Positions 12,182 through 24,860 of a DNA stretch of 64,000 nt are shown one piece after another; the first letter of the stretch is position 1; each line of letters begins with the position of its first letter. Source of the stretch: an uncultured Clostridium sp. (GTDB taxonomy: Bacteria; Bacillota; Clostridia; Peptostreptococcales; Peptostreptococcaceae); assembly GCA_937944945.1 (NCBI GenBank), contig CALEBD010000406.1, positions 48,050 to 112,049 on the forward strand. Reading direction: 5' to 3'. Made by a program: the position numbers and the translations under genes. The notes below the pieces were generated by a model. That model worked only from the letters and a program-made list of their open reading frames with translations, searched no databases and had not been told where the DNA came from.

Positions 12182-13603
12182 ATGCTTGTAGCGAGTTTTG
12201 TAACTAATCGCCCAACGATGGGTGACACTAGAACTTATGAAGATTTTAGTAAATTCTTGGGAGAAAGACCTCACCGTTTAGGCGTTGTATCTCGTCTTTA
12301 TCCGGAACTTACTGCAACTTTCTTGACAGAAGCTCTAAGAAATATTTTCTACGGAGATACCAAGAAAGCTACTGGATTCCAGAATATTGATTCTACTTAT
12401 TTCGAATGGGAAGTAGAAACTAATTATATTAAGAGAATCCCCTTCGCAGCAGTGCCTGTTGAAGATGGAGCTGATGGCTCAGAAATTGAAATGATTTTCC
12501 CAGAAAACTATTATCAATTACACGAAATTTTCAAAATTGAAAAAACTGGATAGCAATGTTTTGTTGTATCTCGTCCTACTAGAAAAGCAGACAATATGTG
12601 GTCTGTAATGGTAAGACTTATTGATGATGACTACTCATCAATCCTGGATAAGGATGGATGTCAAATTGGTGATACAACTCGTTTCATTGGTAATGCTAAG
12701 CCAGAATTGCATGATACTGGTTTCGTTAAGTATCAATCTAACGTTGAAAAGATGAGAAACTATATGACAACTATTCGTGTTGACGATAGCTACTCTTCTA
12801 AATATGCATTAATGGAAGATACTTTCATTAAGGTTGGTAAAGGCGAAAATCAAGGATGCTTAACTGAAAAGATTTACAAACTTGAGCCTATGAAGAAGAA
12901 CTTAATTGAAAACTTCTTATATGCTCGTGAAAATATGATTCTATTAGCTAAAGGAAACATCGGAGTAGACGGTAAAGCTACTATCTCTGATAGAGGTACT
13001 GGACGTCCAATTCCTATTGGTGACGGTATGATTCCTCAAATCGAAAGATTTGCTTCTAAGTATGCTGCTAATAGAGTAACTATTAACACATTCCACACAA
13101 TTATCTCTACTATGGTAGAAAAGGCTGAGAAACCTACTGGTAATCACTTTGTATTCATGGTAAACGAAAGAATGTGGGGAATTGTACAGAGAGTTCTTGG
13201 AGATTATCTATCTACTCGTAAGACTGATGGTGCTTACTTGTGGTCTAGAGGTGGAGAAGGAAAATACATCAAAGTAGGTGCTACATTTGACGCTTACGAA
13301 TGGGGTGGAAATGTTGTATCATTTAAAGTTGATAGAACATTAAGTAGAGAGTTCTTAGAACCATACGCTCTATGTATTGACCTTACAACTGGTAAGACTT
13401 CTACTCAACCTCCTGTAGCTATGTATTCTCTGAAAGGAAAAGACTACATCTTTAACGAAGTACTTGGTGTAGGTGGTCGCTCAGGTGGTGACAGTGGTGT
13501 TGTTTCAACTCCTGTTGCTGGAGGTATGATGACTATCCATGGATATGCTGGTATTGCAGTGTTCAACCCCTACAGAAGTTTTATATTACGTTGCAAAGAG
13601 TAA
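12182..13603 (+). CDS. Major capsid protein (473 aa; single TAG at 12551-12553)
   Basis: ORFs 12182-12553 and 12596-13603 are in frame and separated by one TAG; size, EKMRNYMTTIR and GRPIPIGDGMIPQIE motifs and position fit a crAss-like HK97-fold MCP. Confidence 0.9.
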
Positions 13604-13663
13604 TATAAATTACTTAAGTTAGAGGTAAGTTTTAAGAATAACTTTATATTCCGATGTAAATTT

Positions 13664-13696
13664 TTTGTATTCTTCGTTGTAAAATGTATTATTGAA
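13664..13696 (+). promoter_or_regulatory. Putative promoter of the homing endonuclease gene
   Basis: TTTG-N19-TATTATTG; ATGTATTATTGAA matches 34611-34623 at 12/13 positions. Confidence 0.5.
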
Positions 13697-13715
13697 TGAC
13701 TAAAAATTTATAAAT

Positions 13716-14384
13716 ATGTATCATTATAATTATAAAATTACTAATATTAGTACTGGAGAATTTTACATCGGAGTAAGAAGTTGTAAATGTAGTATAGAAG
13801 AAGATTCTTATATGGGTTCAAGTTCTATATGGAACAAGATTTATGTTAAGGAGCATAAAGATAAACTCAAAAAGGAAATACTAGAAGTTTTCCCTACTAG
13901 AAAATTAGCAAATGGTGGAGAAGTTAAATTACTAAAATCTGTATCAGATAATCCTTTATGTATAAACAAATATTTTGACTATACTCCAGACATGACTGGA
14001 GTTAAACAAGCTCCAGAATGGATAGAGAAAAGGAAATTATTTGGAGAACGTAATGGAATGTTTGGAAAGCATCATTCAGAAAAAGCTAAAAAAGAAATAT
14101 CTTCAAAACTCAAAGGTAGGATTGTTTCTGAGGAAACCAGAAAGAAAATCGGAGATTATCATAGAGGAAAAACGTATGGTAAGGATACTAGAGAGAAAAT
14201 ATCAAAAGCTCGACAAAAGCTTAGGCATATAATAAATATGAAAACTGGAGAAGAATGGAATATTAGTATAACTGATTTTATAAAAATGTTTCCAGATGAA
14301 AATTTAAAAGAATCTAGTATGAGAAGTGCTGTTAAATATAAAAAACCTTATAAGGGCTATCTGAAAATAACAAATCTAAAATAA
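13716..14384 (+). CDS. Free-standing GIY-YIG homing endonuclease (Seg-like) with NUMOD3 DNA-binding repeats
   Basis: YNYKITN..FYIGVR..YMGSS catalytic motifs; NGMFGKHHSEKAKKEIS, SEETRKKIG and KDTREKIS NUMOD3 repeats; no TAG codons. Confidence 0.9.
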   Translation: MYHYNYKITNISTGEFYIGVRSCKCSIEEDSYMGSSSIWNKIYVKEHKDKLKKEILEVFPTRKLANGGEVKLLKSVSDNPLCINKYFDYTPDMTGVKQAPEWIEKRKLFGERNGMFGKHHSEKAKKEISSKLKGRIVSEETRKKIGDYHRGKTYGKDTREKISKARQKLRHIINMKTGEEWNISITDFIKMFPDENLKESSMRSAVKYKKPYKGYLKITNLK

Positions 14385-14410
14385 GATAAGATTAAACAAA
14401 AAATAGATAC

Positions 14411-14436
14411 GGTGGGGAACGAGGTGCTTCCCCACC
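14411..14436 (+). terminator. GC-rich hairpin, putative terminator/attenuator or RNA-stability element
   Basis: GGTGGGGAA-cgaggtgc-TTCCCCACC perfect 9-bp stem; weak U tail (TAATTCTTT). Confidence 0.55.
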
Positions 14437-14463
14437 TAATTCTTTAAAATATGAATATGAATT

Positions 14464-15324
14464 ATGGCAAAAAAGGTTAATGAAGTACAAGATGGAGATT
14501 TAAAAAGTAACATCGTTGTATTAAGAAGTGTATTTGGTAAAGTCGGACAAAAATATTACATACAACCACAAAAGGATGCTCGTGGTAGATACGCAGATTG
14601 TGTAAAGAGAGTAAACTCCCAAGGAGATATTATTCTCACCCCAGAAGAAATTGAAAATGAATCAAAAGGACTAGCTGCATATATTCCAGAGACTGAGTTA
14701 TTTGTAATAGAAGATGGTAAGACTTTCAATCTAGATGATGTCTATGATAGAGCTGTTTGGGAGGCAATTAAAAATTGTGACTTAATCGCTCCTGACAGAT
14801 TTGCGAAAAATGAGAAGGGTGATTATCTAATCGACGGAACAGTAGACCCAAGGTCAAAAAGACCTAGATACGGTACTGCTGAGCTTTACGTAGATAGACC
14901 TGGATTTGAAGCTCAACGTAGAGTTACTAGACGTAAACTTATTGTAGAAGCTTCTAATTATATTATGAATGACGAACGCGGATATGAAGGAAGATTGCTT
15001 GTAGCTAAAGTTTTAGGTAGAGATATGAAAAATCAGCCAAATGCTGATGTTGAAGATTACCTATTATCTATAGCTGAGAAAACTCCGGAAAAGATTATCA
15101 ACTGCTATACTGGTGGAGATATTCAACTTCGTATGTTATTTATAGAAGCTCGTGAAAAAGGAGTTATCGTTAAAAAAGACGGACTCTTCGTTTATGGAGA
15201 AGATGGTAAAGTTGCATTAGGTGCTACTGATAATGCAGTAATTGAATGGATGAAATTATCTAGAAATAGTAAAACCCTAGCCTTAATCAGAAAAGACACA
15301 TATCAAGACGTGTTTGAAGATTAA
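14464..15324 (+). CDS. Conserved crAss-like protein downstream of MCP (286 aa), no TAG codons
   Basis: Intact standard-code ORF; 9 Gln codons, all CAA/CAG. Confidence 0.85.
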   Translation: MAKKVNEVQDGDLKSNIVVLRSVFGKVGQKYYIQPQKDARGRYADCVKRVNSQGDIILTPEEIENESKGLAAYIPETELFVIEDGKTFNLDDVYDRAVWEAIKNCDLIAPDRFAKNEKGDYLIDGTVDPRSKRPRYGTAELYVDRPGFEAQRRVTRRKLIVEASNYIMNDERGYEGRLLVAKVLGRDMKNQPNADVEDYLLSIAEKTPEKIINCYTGGDIQLRMLFIEAREKGVIVKKDGLFVYGEDGKVALGATDNAVIEWMKLSRNSKTLALIRKDTYQDVFED

Positions 15325-15350
15325 TTATCAATATTTTAATATAATGCGAA

Positions 15351-16526
15351 ATGACCGCAAGACAGGTTTTTGAAGCTACACTAATAGAACTTAGTAAAAT
15401 TCAAGCACCTTCACTTAAGCTTTATGAATTTAACTATTTATTTAATAAAGCTATAAACTAGTATATTAATAAGGTATACAACGTGTACGATATTAACTAG
15501 CAAACTACTGATGATTTGAGAGTCTTGAAGTCTACGACTTTCTTGACTCCTCACAAGGTAGAACTTGCAGGAAGAGCGTCTGGAGCTGCAAAAGATAGTG
15601 CTATTTAGAACACAAAAGCAGTTACTGGTAACTAGGATTCTCCAGAAGGAGGATACACTGGTTAGGCTTCATCTTATTTAAGTAAAGCCCATCGCTCAAT
15701 TCAATCTCTACACGGTGCTACGTATGAAGTGTATATGCCTATTGACTACTTACATATGTTGAATTGTGTTTGCATTTATTATGTTGCTAAACAAAAAGAT
15801 TGCTGGGATGCAGGCTCATATATTGAAATCCCTGCAACAAGATTAACTGCCGATTCTTGGAGTCAAATCATTACAGACATTTATAATAGACCTTCGCCTA
15901 TGCGTCCGTACTATTATGTCCACAATCTTAACCAATAGTAGGTATTACCTACCGACCCTAGAACTTCTGTGGAAACAGGAACAGGAACAGGAACAGGAAC
16001 AGGATTAGAAGAAGTTGGTACTGATATGAATGGCATTTATCAGGTTACTTCAGCTTCTGGAGGAGAGTGGGAAGATAATGATATTGATGCAGGAACTGCT
16101 GGTGGCACAAATGTGAAAACCCAAAATTCCAACTTCCAAAGAACATTTAAACTAAAAATAGGAGAAACAGAACAATAGGTATCTCTTGTAGAAAAACCAA
16201 TTGCCCTTAGAGCTGGAAATACTTCCAATGTTCGTTGTGAAATTAGATATGGTAAGGACGACAGTTTGTTCCAATTAGTAGAAGTGCAGATTGATTATGT
16301 TAAGTGTCCATAGTTTATCCGTCTAACTCAAGAACAGATAGACTTAACAGAAGATACTTCTCAAATCATGGAGTTCCCAGATTATGTAAACCAAGAGATT
16401 ATAAACGAGTTGGTACACTTAGTAATGGAACGTGTAAACGATCCTAGACTAGGCAATAATATTTAGATGACTCAATCTATTGCTAGACCAACTGGGCAAT
16501 AGCAACCAGCCCCTCAACAAGGCTAA
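15351..16526 (+). CDS. Tail ring / head-tail connector protein (391 aa, TAG=Gln)
   Basis: MTARQVFEATLIELSK..EFNYLFNKAIN(Q)Y..QQTTDDLRVL and C-terminal EFPDYVNQEIINELV, resembling crAss-like ring proteins; fragments 15729 and 15969 in frame. Confidence 0.75.
15975..16004 (+). repeat. (ACAGGA)5 in-frame tandem repeat encoding (TG)5
   Basis: Five perfect hexamer copies. Confidence 0.95.
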
Positions 16527-16543
16527 TTAAAATTTAATTAATT

Positions 16544-17536
16544 ATGGCAACAGGTTTAAATTTCCAAACTTAGACGATTATTAATTCGAATCTGGATCCA
16601 GATTCAAGTAAACTAAATGGAAAAGGTACTGACAATACTTACCTTTTCAAGAGTGGCAAAACAAACATTGATGGTGTAGAAGTTGATGCTCTCAAGATTA
16701 AAAGAGACTTTGTATTTGTAAAAGATTGTGTAAAAGCAATCAGAAAGAGAGCTGGATATAATGCTGTAATGTGCAAAGCTACTATAGACTTTGCAAATTC
16801 TGCTCTTTTAGTTGCTTTAAAAGCAGGTGGAGCAAAAACATATTGCAGACTCGATATTTATTTGGGTGTTGAAGGTGCAGAACCTTATATTTATTCAACT
16901 CCCTGGGTTCAAAAAGGTATGCCATTCTGGATTGAGTTTACTGTAAAAGAAGCTGATGAAGCTGCTACTATTGCTAAAAACGTAGCAGATATGCTTAAGA
17001 AAAATCACGTATTCCTATGTGATAAAGATTTGATTAACGTATCTGTATCTGGTAGTAAATTAATCCTAGAAGGAGCTACTGAATATCAGAGATTCCGCAA
17101 AATCGAAATTAGCACATTTGATGCTTATGATGATTATGCAGATAAAGTTGCAGAATTAGACCCAACTAAAACTGCTGCTACAGACATCAAGTTGGATGAA
17201 AGAGGTAAGAATAGCTTCGGTACATATTCTCAAATCATTAAAGATTTAAGATTACCTACCGCTGCAAACTATCAATGGACTCATATCCGTCAGGTGGAAA
17301 CTCCTATAGTAGGCGCTATCTACAATCAATATATTGTAGAATATGAAGCACCAGCTACAAATGATGGTCTTCACGCAGTTGGGCAGAGAATGACTTCTCA
17401 TACTGTTCATGTGTTCTGGGTTAAGAATGATTCTGATTTGATTTCAGCTTGGGAAACTGCACTTAGTACAGTAGGTACTGTAGTTGACGTTGATGCCACT
17501 TCTAGTGACGAAGATGATAGCAAATTAAGCTCTTAA
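16544..17536 (+). CDS. Structural protein, probable auxiliary capsid protein (330 aa; single TAG at codon 10)
   Basis: ATG 16544 MATGLNFQT(Q)TIINSN in frame with ORF 16769-17536; codon usage like MCP; followed by a terminator; assignment from position and C-terminal YNQYIVEY..HTVHVFWV. Confidence 0.65.
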
Positions 17537-17543
17537 ATAAACT

Positions 17544-17577
17544 AAAGGCGGGACTACCCTGTTCCGCCTTTTCTTTT
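17544..17577 (+). terminator. Rho-independent terminator
   Basis: AAAGGCGGGA..TTCCGCCTTT stem followed by TCTTTT. Confidence 0.85.
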
Positions 17578-17586
17578 AATTAAGGT

Positions 17587-18012
17587 ATGGAACAGTCAAT
17601 TTTAGAATGGGCCTTAGCAGTAATAGGCAGTGGTGGTATAGGCGCAGTTATTACTTATATTTGCACTTTTAAGAGCAAAAAGAAACAAGTAGAAGCTGAA
17701 GCCGAATCTTCAATGGTCAATGTTGAGTAGAAAAAAACGGACCTCAAACAAGACTAGTATGATTATTTGTAGAAGACGTGTGATAAGTACATAAAGGATT
17801 ACCATGAGCTTGAAGGCGATTTTAGAAAGTAGATATCGGAATTGAGAGAGCAAATGGATAAAATTATGTTAGAGAAATCCCAAGCCATATCTGCAAAATG
17901 TAATGAAATTGCCACTCTAAAATCTAAAGTCACTTATTTAAAAGGAATAAGATGTTATAACTTTACTTGCAAACATAGGATAATGACTAATCCTGATAAA
18001 ACAGAAGAATAA
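17587..18012 (+). CDS. Membrane-anchored coiled-coil protein, putative holin/lysis accessory (141 aa, TAG=Gln)
   Basis: N-terminal TM helix ILEWALAVIGSGGIGAVITYICTF, then KSKKK, a long coiled coil and C-terminal CYNFTC. Confidence 0.6.
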
Positions 18013-18710
18013 TGTATATAGAGAAACTTGCATCCCAAATTCGTAATGATGTTGTATCTGGACTAAGAGGTTATCATTAGAATTTATCTATGAATATGGA
18101 CTAGCTATAGGATGAAATAGTAGCCTGTAGATTATCCATATTACATTAGTATTTTCTCAGAGGAATATTTCCTATCAAAGACCTATTGATAGCGATTAAC
18201 TGCATCGACGTAGACTGTGAGTCTCTTGAGAGATGTAAATGTGGAGTGAGAAGTGCGGATGATACTATAACAGCTCATTTCGAAATACCACAAGTTATTT
18301 CATAGTACGGAAAGCAAGCTATTGAGTATATAGGTTCTACTGATAGGCAAAATAAGTTTACGATAGTAACATCGTTATCTGAATTTAATAATAGAAAGTA
18401 TAGAAAAAGAAGTTAGAAAAAACCCTACGTTTGGATTGATTTTGCACCAAATGCAAACGGAATGTTAGATTGTTTTCTATTTAATGCACCATTCTTGTAG
18501 CAGGTTTCCGTAGTTGCAGTATTCAAAGACCCAAGATAGCTAAAGTAGTACAGTTGCTGTAATACTGATGAACTTAATGGGCCTGATGTAAATACTAGCT
18601 TTATTGATTAGCTAGTTAAGGAAAAACTAACTAAGGAAAAATTATACTATTATAGATAGGTTGCAGCTTAGCCTCTACCTAATGATTAGTAGTATGTAAC
18701 AGGAGGATGA
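18012..18710 (+). CDS. Tail ring protein (232 aa; 14 TAG)
   Basis: TAATG overlap; frame open to TGA 18708-18710 with TAG=Gln; VSVVAVFKDPR and LPND motifs like crAss-like ring proteins. Confidence 0.75.
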
Positions 18711-18711
18711 T

Positions 18712-19410
18712 ATGGGATAGAATAATTTTCATTACGCTATAAGTTTAGCTTAGACGCTATACGATATTGAGGGAGATAATGATGATTTAGAGGAAATCGG
18801 TTTAGTGGCATACAATTTTATTGGAAATAAAAACACCAGACTGTATAGAGCACTATTAGATATAAATTGTTAGGATGGGTCAGTCGAATTACCTTGTAAT
18901 GTAGACATTATAGAGGCTGTAACCTATTGTGGTCCAGAGGATTGGGACTACACTAGTAATACGAAAGAGTTTGGAGACATATAGTCTTTATACACTGAGA
19001 ATTACATTGAAAGTAGAAAAGCTTTCCTAGATCCCTTTTATGTTAGCGGTAAGTTCGTTAAATATAAAAGAGTAGGAGATAAACTTTATGTTAATAAAGG
19101 TGCAGGAAAAGTAAATATTCTATATCATGGAATACTACTTGACGAGGAAGGTCTTCCCGAAATAAACGATAAAGAAGCTATCGCAATAGCTGAATATATT
19201 GCCTATGTATAGAAATACAAGGAAGCAATACGTACTAACAATTAGAATGTGTTGAAAATGGCTTAGGACTTGAAGCGCTAGTGGCTACAGCATTGCTTAG
19301 CGGCTAGAGTTCCAGAATATGTATCTCAAGAAGAGATGGATAAAATACTTAATGTATAGGCTTCTTGGGGACGTAAGTTTTATAACAAGAGCTATAAACC
19401 AACTATGTAA
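18712..19410 (+). CDS. Tail ring / tubular protein (232 aa, TAG=Gln)
   Basis: VELPCNVDIIEAV..GKVNILYHGILLDEEGLPEI..AIAEYI motifs typical of the crAss-like tail tubular/ring protein; ends TAA 19408-19410. Confidence 0.8.
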
Positions 19411-19415
19411 AATAT

Positions 19416-19448
19416 ATAGGGAGGCAATTTGTCTCCCTATTTTTGTTT
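19416..19448 (+). terminator. Rho-independent terminator
   Basis: ATAGGGAGGC-aattt-GTCTCCCTAT stem followed by TTTTGTTT. Confidence 0.85.
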
Positions 19449-19454
19449 ATGATT

Positions 19455-19907
19455 ATGAGTAATAAGAATTATGCAATGGGTCATGCTTTTTCTTTGCATG
19501 ACATTTTTATGAATTTCCCAGTAGAAAAACTGAAAATGACTTCAGACTAGTGTAAGGAAACATACTCTGATGGAAATAAAAGAGATTTGGCGGCATCTAT
19601 ATTTGCCAAAAGTGTTCAGATGGTAGTAGATGATATTATAGATAACAATGTCCACTTTAAATTACCTGGAATGGCTAGGACATAGGCATATATGTATATG
19701 AAAAGAACAGAAGGTAAAAAATTTAAGAAGGCATTTAAGAATGGAAAATGGAATGACATAGACTTTGTAATGTCTAACTTTAGCGGATATTAGCTTACTC
19801 TAGAGATGTAGAGTGAAAAGAGGCTTCCAAGAGAGAAACCTATATACTTATCAGCAAAAGATAAGTAGAGAATCGTAGATAATACTAACAGAGGTAAATA
19901 GTATTAA
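19455..19907 (+). CDS. Basic protein, putative IHF/HU-like DNA-binding protein (150 aa, TAG=Gln)
   Basis: Basic; VVDDIIDNNVHFKLP motif and position between tail tubular and stabilisation genes match crAss-like IHF-like genes. Confidence 0.6.
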
Positions 19908-19912
19908 TTGTT

Positions 19913-20533
19913 ATGGTACTAAAAACTATATAGGATTACTACGACCAAATTTGTGCAGAATATCCAAATATTCCTAAGTCGGATATTAAAAGAATTTTGC
20001 AATACGGATGGAAATCGTTATACTTACATAATAGTTATGGAGGAGATACTCTAATTAACAGAAATGGATTTTGGTTTTATTGTGGATAGTTAATGAATGA
20101 TTCTCTAAAGTATTTTGAGTACTACAAAAATAAAATGAGAATTAAATTACGAATAATGTATAAACGCAAGCACATCCCTTGGGATGGATACTATTACTTT
20201 GCATTAACTTAGAATTAGTATAACGAATATTTGAGTTAGAAAAATAAAAGAGGACGACCAAAGAAAAGATTTACCTTTTCTAAGATCATCCTCTACAAAA
20301 TATATGATGAGTGTAATATATCAGAAAGTAACCGAGTAGCAATATTCAGATTACCTATGCCAGTTGATTTCGGAATTAGTTTATATAAGAAAGAATTAAC
20401 TACAGATAAAGCAGAACTAATCTTAGTTAGAGAACCTCTAAAATTTTAGGATATATTATTAACTAATTATAATTATCAATTTATTTCAGATAATTTAAGA
20501 AAATATAACAAAAACAAGAGAAACGATGATTAA
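19913..20533 (+). CDS. Basic protein, second putative IHF-like protein (206 aa, TAG=Gln)
   Basis: Open frame to TAA 20531-20533; Lys/Arg/Tyr-rich; functional call from position only. Confidence 0.55.
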
Positions 20534-23500
20534 TACAATTATGACTGCGAAAAATACATTCGCAGAAGGATTAGTAATGGATTTCGCTCCAGATAATACA
20601 TAGGCTACAACTCTTACATCTGCACTTAATGCTACCTTGTTAACATTTAATGGGAACGAGATGTCTCTTTAGAATGATATGGGTAATGGAAGAGTGGAGA
20701 CAGCATATCTTCCGGAGGGGTATGTTCCAGTGGGAACTTGTGAATTTGGGGATATTATTTATATAGTATCTTATAACCCAATTACTAACAAATCTCAGAT
20801 TGGTTGTTTCCCAAGCCCAGAAAGAAATATAAGTAGCTAGGAAATAGGCGAACTGTAGACAAATTTAAAGTCTTCAGACTTTTAGGAACTATCAGACAGT
20901 GGACCTACTGGAAGATTAGTAGCATCATCTTGTAAGAAAATTTTATATAAAAAAGAGTTAAATCCAGGAGACAAATATATAATAAGTAGCTCTAATTTAG
21001 AAGAAAACAAAAATAGTATTACTGATTACGGTAATACCTCTAATATATATGGAACATTTCCAAAATTATTGAAAATACACGTTGTTGCTATAGAAGATTC
21101 TGGAAAAATTAATTATTTAGATTCAACAGTTAGATGGTATGATAATTTTTTTATAGCTAATGGCACCAACGGTGAAGCTACTCCTGATTTAGATAAATAT
21201 AGGTCGTTAGTTAGTTCTGGCTACTCTGTATTTTAGTCTAAAGTGTCAGGAAAATTAGCTTTATTAATAGAATTAGAGAAAATAAACTCTTTTAGCTGTA
21301 CTTATGATATATATACTGCCTCTAGTAGCACTTACTCTGAGGATACTTAGACAATAGGAAAAAATTATAATGTCTATTGGAGTATAGGCTGGAACGCAGA
21401 CAATTTCAATATTAATCCAAAATACATAGTTTTAACTAAATCTTAGTGGTCTGGTAAGAACGAAGCTGATGCAGGAAAATGGTTTCCCTATAAATAGGAT
21501 ACAGATACTAGCTATAGTATCGATTACAATAATGGAAAATCTATCAATGACTTTTGGAGTATTGAAGAGTAGCCAAAAGCATTTTATGATAAAAACGGAA
21601 ACATATAGTAGAGTTATTGGTACAGTGAATTGGGGCGAGTATATTAGCCAGAAGATTATTCTGGAACCTTTGAAGAGTTTATAAATTCTGGAAGTTATGA
21701 AGCTAACGAACAAATCGCTATAGAACATTTGAAAGACTCTTAGCCTGCATATAAAGACTAGGTATTATCTAAGTTAACGGTATCTAGAGATATTAATGGA
21801 TAGCCTATTAGCAAGTATTATGTAAATGCCCATCATTAGGAAGATGGATAGTATTATACTGCTGTGAGAAAAGGAGTTTACGAAAAAATATATTAGACAG
21901 ATATGTCTGACGATATAGTAAATAATTATTTCAAAACTTCTATATACAAGTACTTTACTTCTTTTTACATACCTTTTATGTAGAAATTTACTTCATCTAA
22001 TGGGGAGGAATTAATTTTTTATCCAGATATATCTAATTTAATATATCATTATAGTATAACCCCAGCTATGCCCTATGGTTTACTAGAGGAATTAACTTAG
22101 GACGGTTATATAGATTTCAGTAAAATAGGTACTGGAGAAATAAAGCTAACCAACTGGAAATATTATAATACTGAAAATATAGGAACTTTAACGCTTGGAT
22201 TAGAAGTTTATCCAGAGTCTAATAAGGGAGTAGCTGAAGTAGCGATAGACTTTTATGATAATCAAGGGGTTGCTGCAACATACAGAATAATGAACAAAAA
22301 CTCCTATTCTGGATAGTTTACTGAGTACATTCCGCTCAATGGGGAAGCAGGGAACTACAAATTAAGTAGTATAGATTCCACTGGGTCTCCTATATATCAC
22401 GCCGGACTACAGTCAGATTTGACTGAATTGTCTAACTTAGTATATAAAGGAGACAATGGCACTTATAAGGTAATAAAACAAGATGATGATTTTTATTATT
22501 TGTAGGAAGATATTAAAACATTAATCACAGATACTTCTAGAATATTTAGTAACGATGCTGGAATATTATATTCTAATGTGTTATATTTAGCCAAAATTAC
22601 TGTAAAGTATTGCTCAGTAGATGCATTAAATAATTTTAATGTTGATAATACTAATGACTTTAAATATTTTTACAGGTGGTATTGGACTAATACTATGTTT
22701 AATTAGTACTACTATACAACTTCTGATTTTGAGAAACTATAGGCAATACTAGATTTAGATATTGGGGTAGAGTATTCTAGTAATAAAAACTGGAAAAAAA
22801 TCTAGGAAGTTTACGAGCCTTCCTCTCTAGCAAGTGAAGACGACTAGTTTAATAACTTATCAGCTACCGTTTAGGCAATAAATCAGAATGGAGAAGCGGA
22901 CAGTTAGGGAAATATAGACGCCAAATTAACTATAGGCTTATAGAATACTTACAATACATTTTCAATAGCAGAACGAGTAGGAAGTATTAATTACATGGAT
23001 AAGTTTGTAGTTAGTATTATATTAGGTAGGTCTAAAATAGAAAATAATCCAGAAACTCCAGAGATTTATTCAGTAAGTTCTTAGGAAAATGAATATGACG
23101 ATTCAATATATCCTACATATGTTAAGTAGCCTGATATTAGCTATTAGAGTGTAGACACTTATGGATTGCTAGATCCTAGAGAAACTTCTACTACTTTATA
23201 CAAGCTATTAGGTATAAGTAAGACCGGGTCCGGCAAAGAATTATGGGAAAAAGCTTATGATAAATATCTTAACAAATATTCGTTAAATTTTTCTAGTTCT
23301 TTAAGTGTAACTACAGAATCTGGAAAGTATGAATATTTAAATAGTTCTGGAGAATTAGATTTTATCGAAAATTATAGAGTGTTTAAAACAACATTAAATA
23401 CGGCAAGCATTCCCTTAGTACTTACTGGGGTACATTTTAGTAAATATTATAAGGAATGCATTTCATAGTCTAAATACTTATAGGTATTAGTCCCATTAGT

Positions 23501-24860
23501 TAATACTTCTGAAGATTTAACAAAATTTGGAATGAAATTGTATGGGCAAAATGCTGTATTTGATTCCATGTTAACTATAGCAGGAGGATGGCACGATGCT
23601 AACATGCTTCATAAAGATAATATGAAGATTCATGTTGGTAAATACACCTCTGGGGAATCGGGAACATTCTCAGGCTCGCCAGGATTTAGCGGAACTTGGT
23701 CTAAAAATTACTATAATAGTAGTAAAGGATATGCGATTACCAAAAATTCTAATGGAAAGACTAAAATGTGGGACAATTAGGTAAACGGCACTTATATTAG
23801 AGACTTATTAACATCCGATATCGGAATAATACTATATTCTCACGGAGACGAACTTGACAGAACTGTATATTTCGTATATGATTCTGATACTACAACTGCA
23901 CCAAATCCTAGTTATATGTATAAATATAAATTCGGTTCTATTTCTGGAGAAAAAAAAGCTCCTCCATATAACAACATATATGAAGACAGTTCTCGCCAAT
24001 TTGTACTAGGATTAGTTATGAAAGATACAGATGGATAGATACACCTATTAAATAATCTTTGTCCTATGCAAACTTCTTCTGGTTCTTTAACACAAAAAAT
24101 AAAGATAAGTGGAGGAACTAGATATCTAGGTAATATTATTCTATCTATTTTAAGTAACCTATTTGTTAAACTTCCAGAGAAATAGGCTATAGAAGTTTAG
24201 ACTATTAGCAATGTAGTTTATCTATAGGACAATAAATCACAATTTACAAAGGATGTAGTTTATTAGGTATAGGCGGATTATGAAAACCACAATGATCTTA
24301 TATTAATGTAGGGAATCTAGCTATCTGACTATATTAATAAAATTAAGTAGCATATAAATGATGTAGTAGACGACTCTAATGTTAACTTTATAATACAAAG
24401 TGTTTAGAAGAACATTCCTATACAGGTTGCCTTTGATTACATATAGCCTTCAAAGATTATTTCTAATTCATAGTCTAGTGTTATGGCTATTAGACTTGGG
24501 GAAAATGATTACTATACTGTAATTCCAGAAATAAACGATTCTAACAAGTTGTATACTATAGATAGAAGATATTCGAATATTACAGTAAGAGCCGCTACTA
24601 CAGTTAGTAGCTATGAAGTGACCTCTATAACTAATTCTACTACCTCTGGTAGATTAATTTATACTTATAGTGATTAGATATATCATAGTAACAGCAAGTT
24701 TTACTAGATATTCACATTATAGAATGACCATTTGGTACTATCTAAAACACAGCACAATTCATCTGATATGCTAGCATATTTCAATGGTGCTCATAATGTT
24801 ACTATTGGAGGTATAGTTAATGACGAATATTTAACGGATTATTTAAAATATGTGGACTAA
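20526..24860 (+). CDS. Tail stabilisation/muzzle-related protein, N-terminal part with a long extension (1444 aa, TAG=Gln)
   Basis: NTFAEGLVMD..ALNATLLTFNGNEMSL(Q)NDMGN..QIGCFPSP N-terminus; fragments 23166, 23532, 24483 in frame; TAA 24858-24860. Confidence 0.75.

Noticed and set aside
12551..12595. Intron or split in the major capsid gene
   Set aside because: The two ORFs are in frame and separated by just one TAG plus 14 sense codons
13604..14463. Group I intron housing the endonuclease
   Set aside because: MCP ends normally with TAA, the next gene has its own start, and no intron core elements were recognised; it appears free-standing
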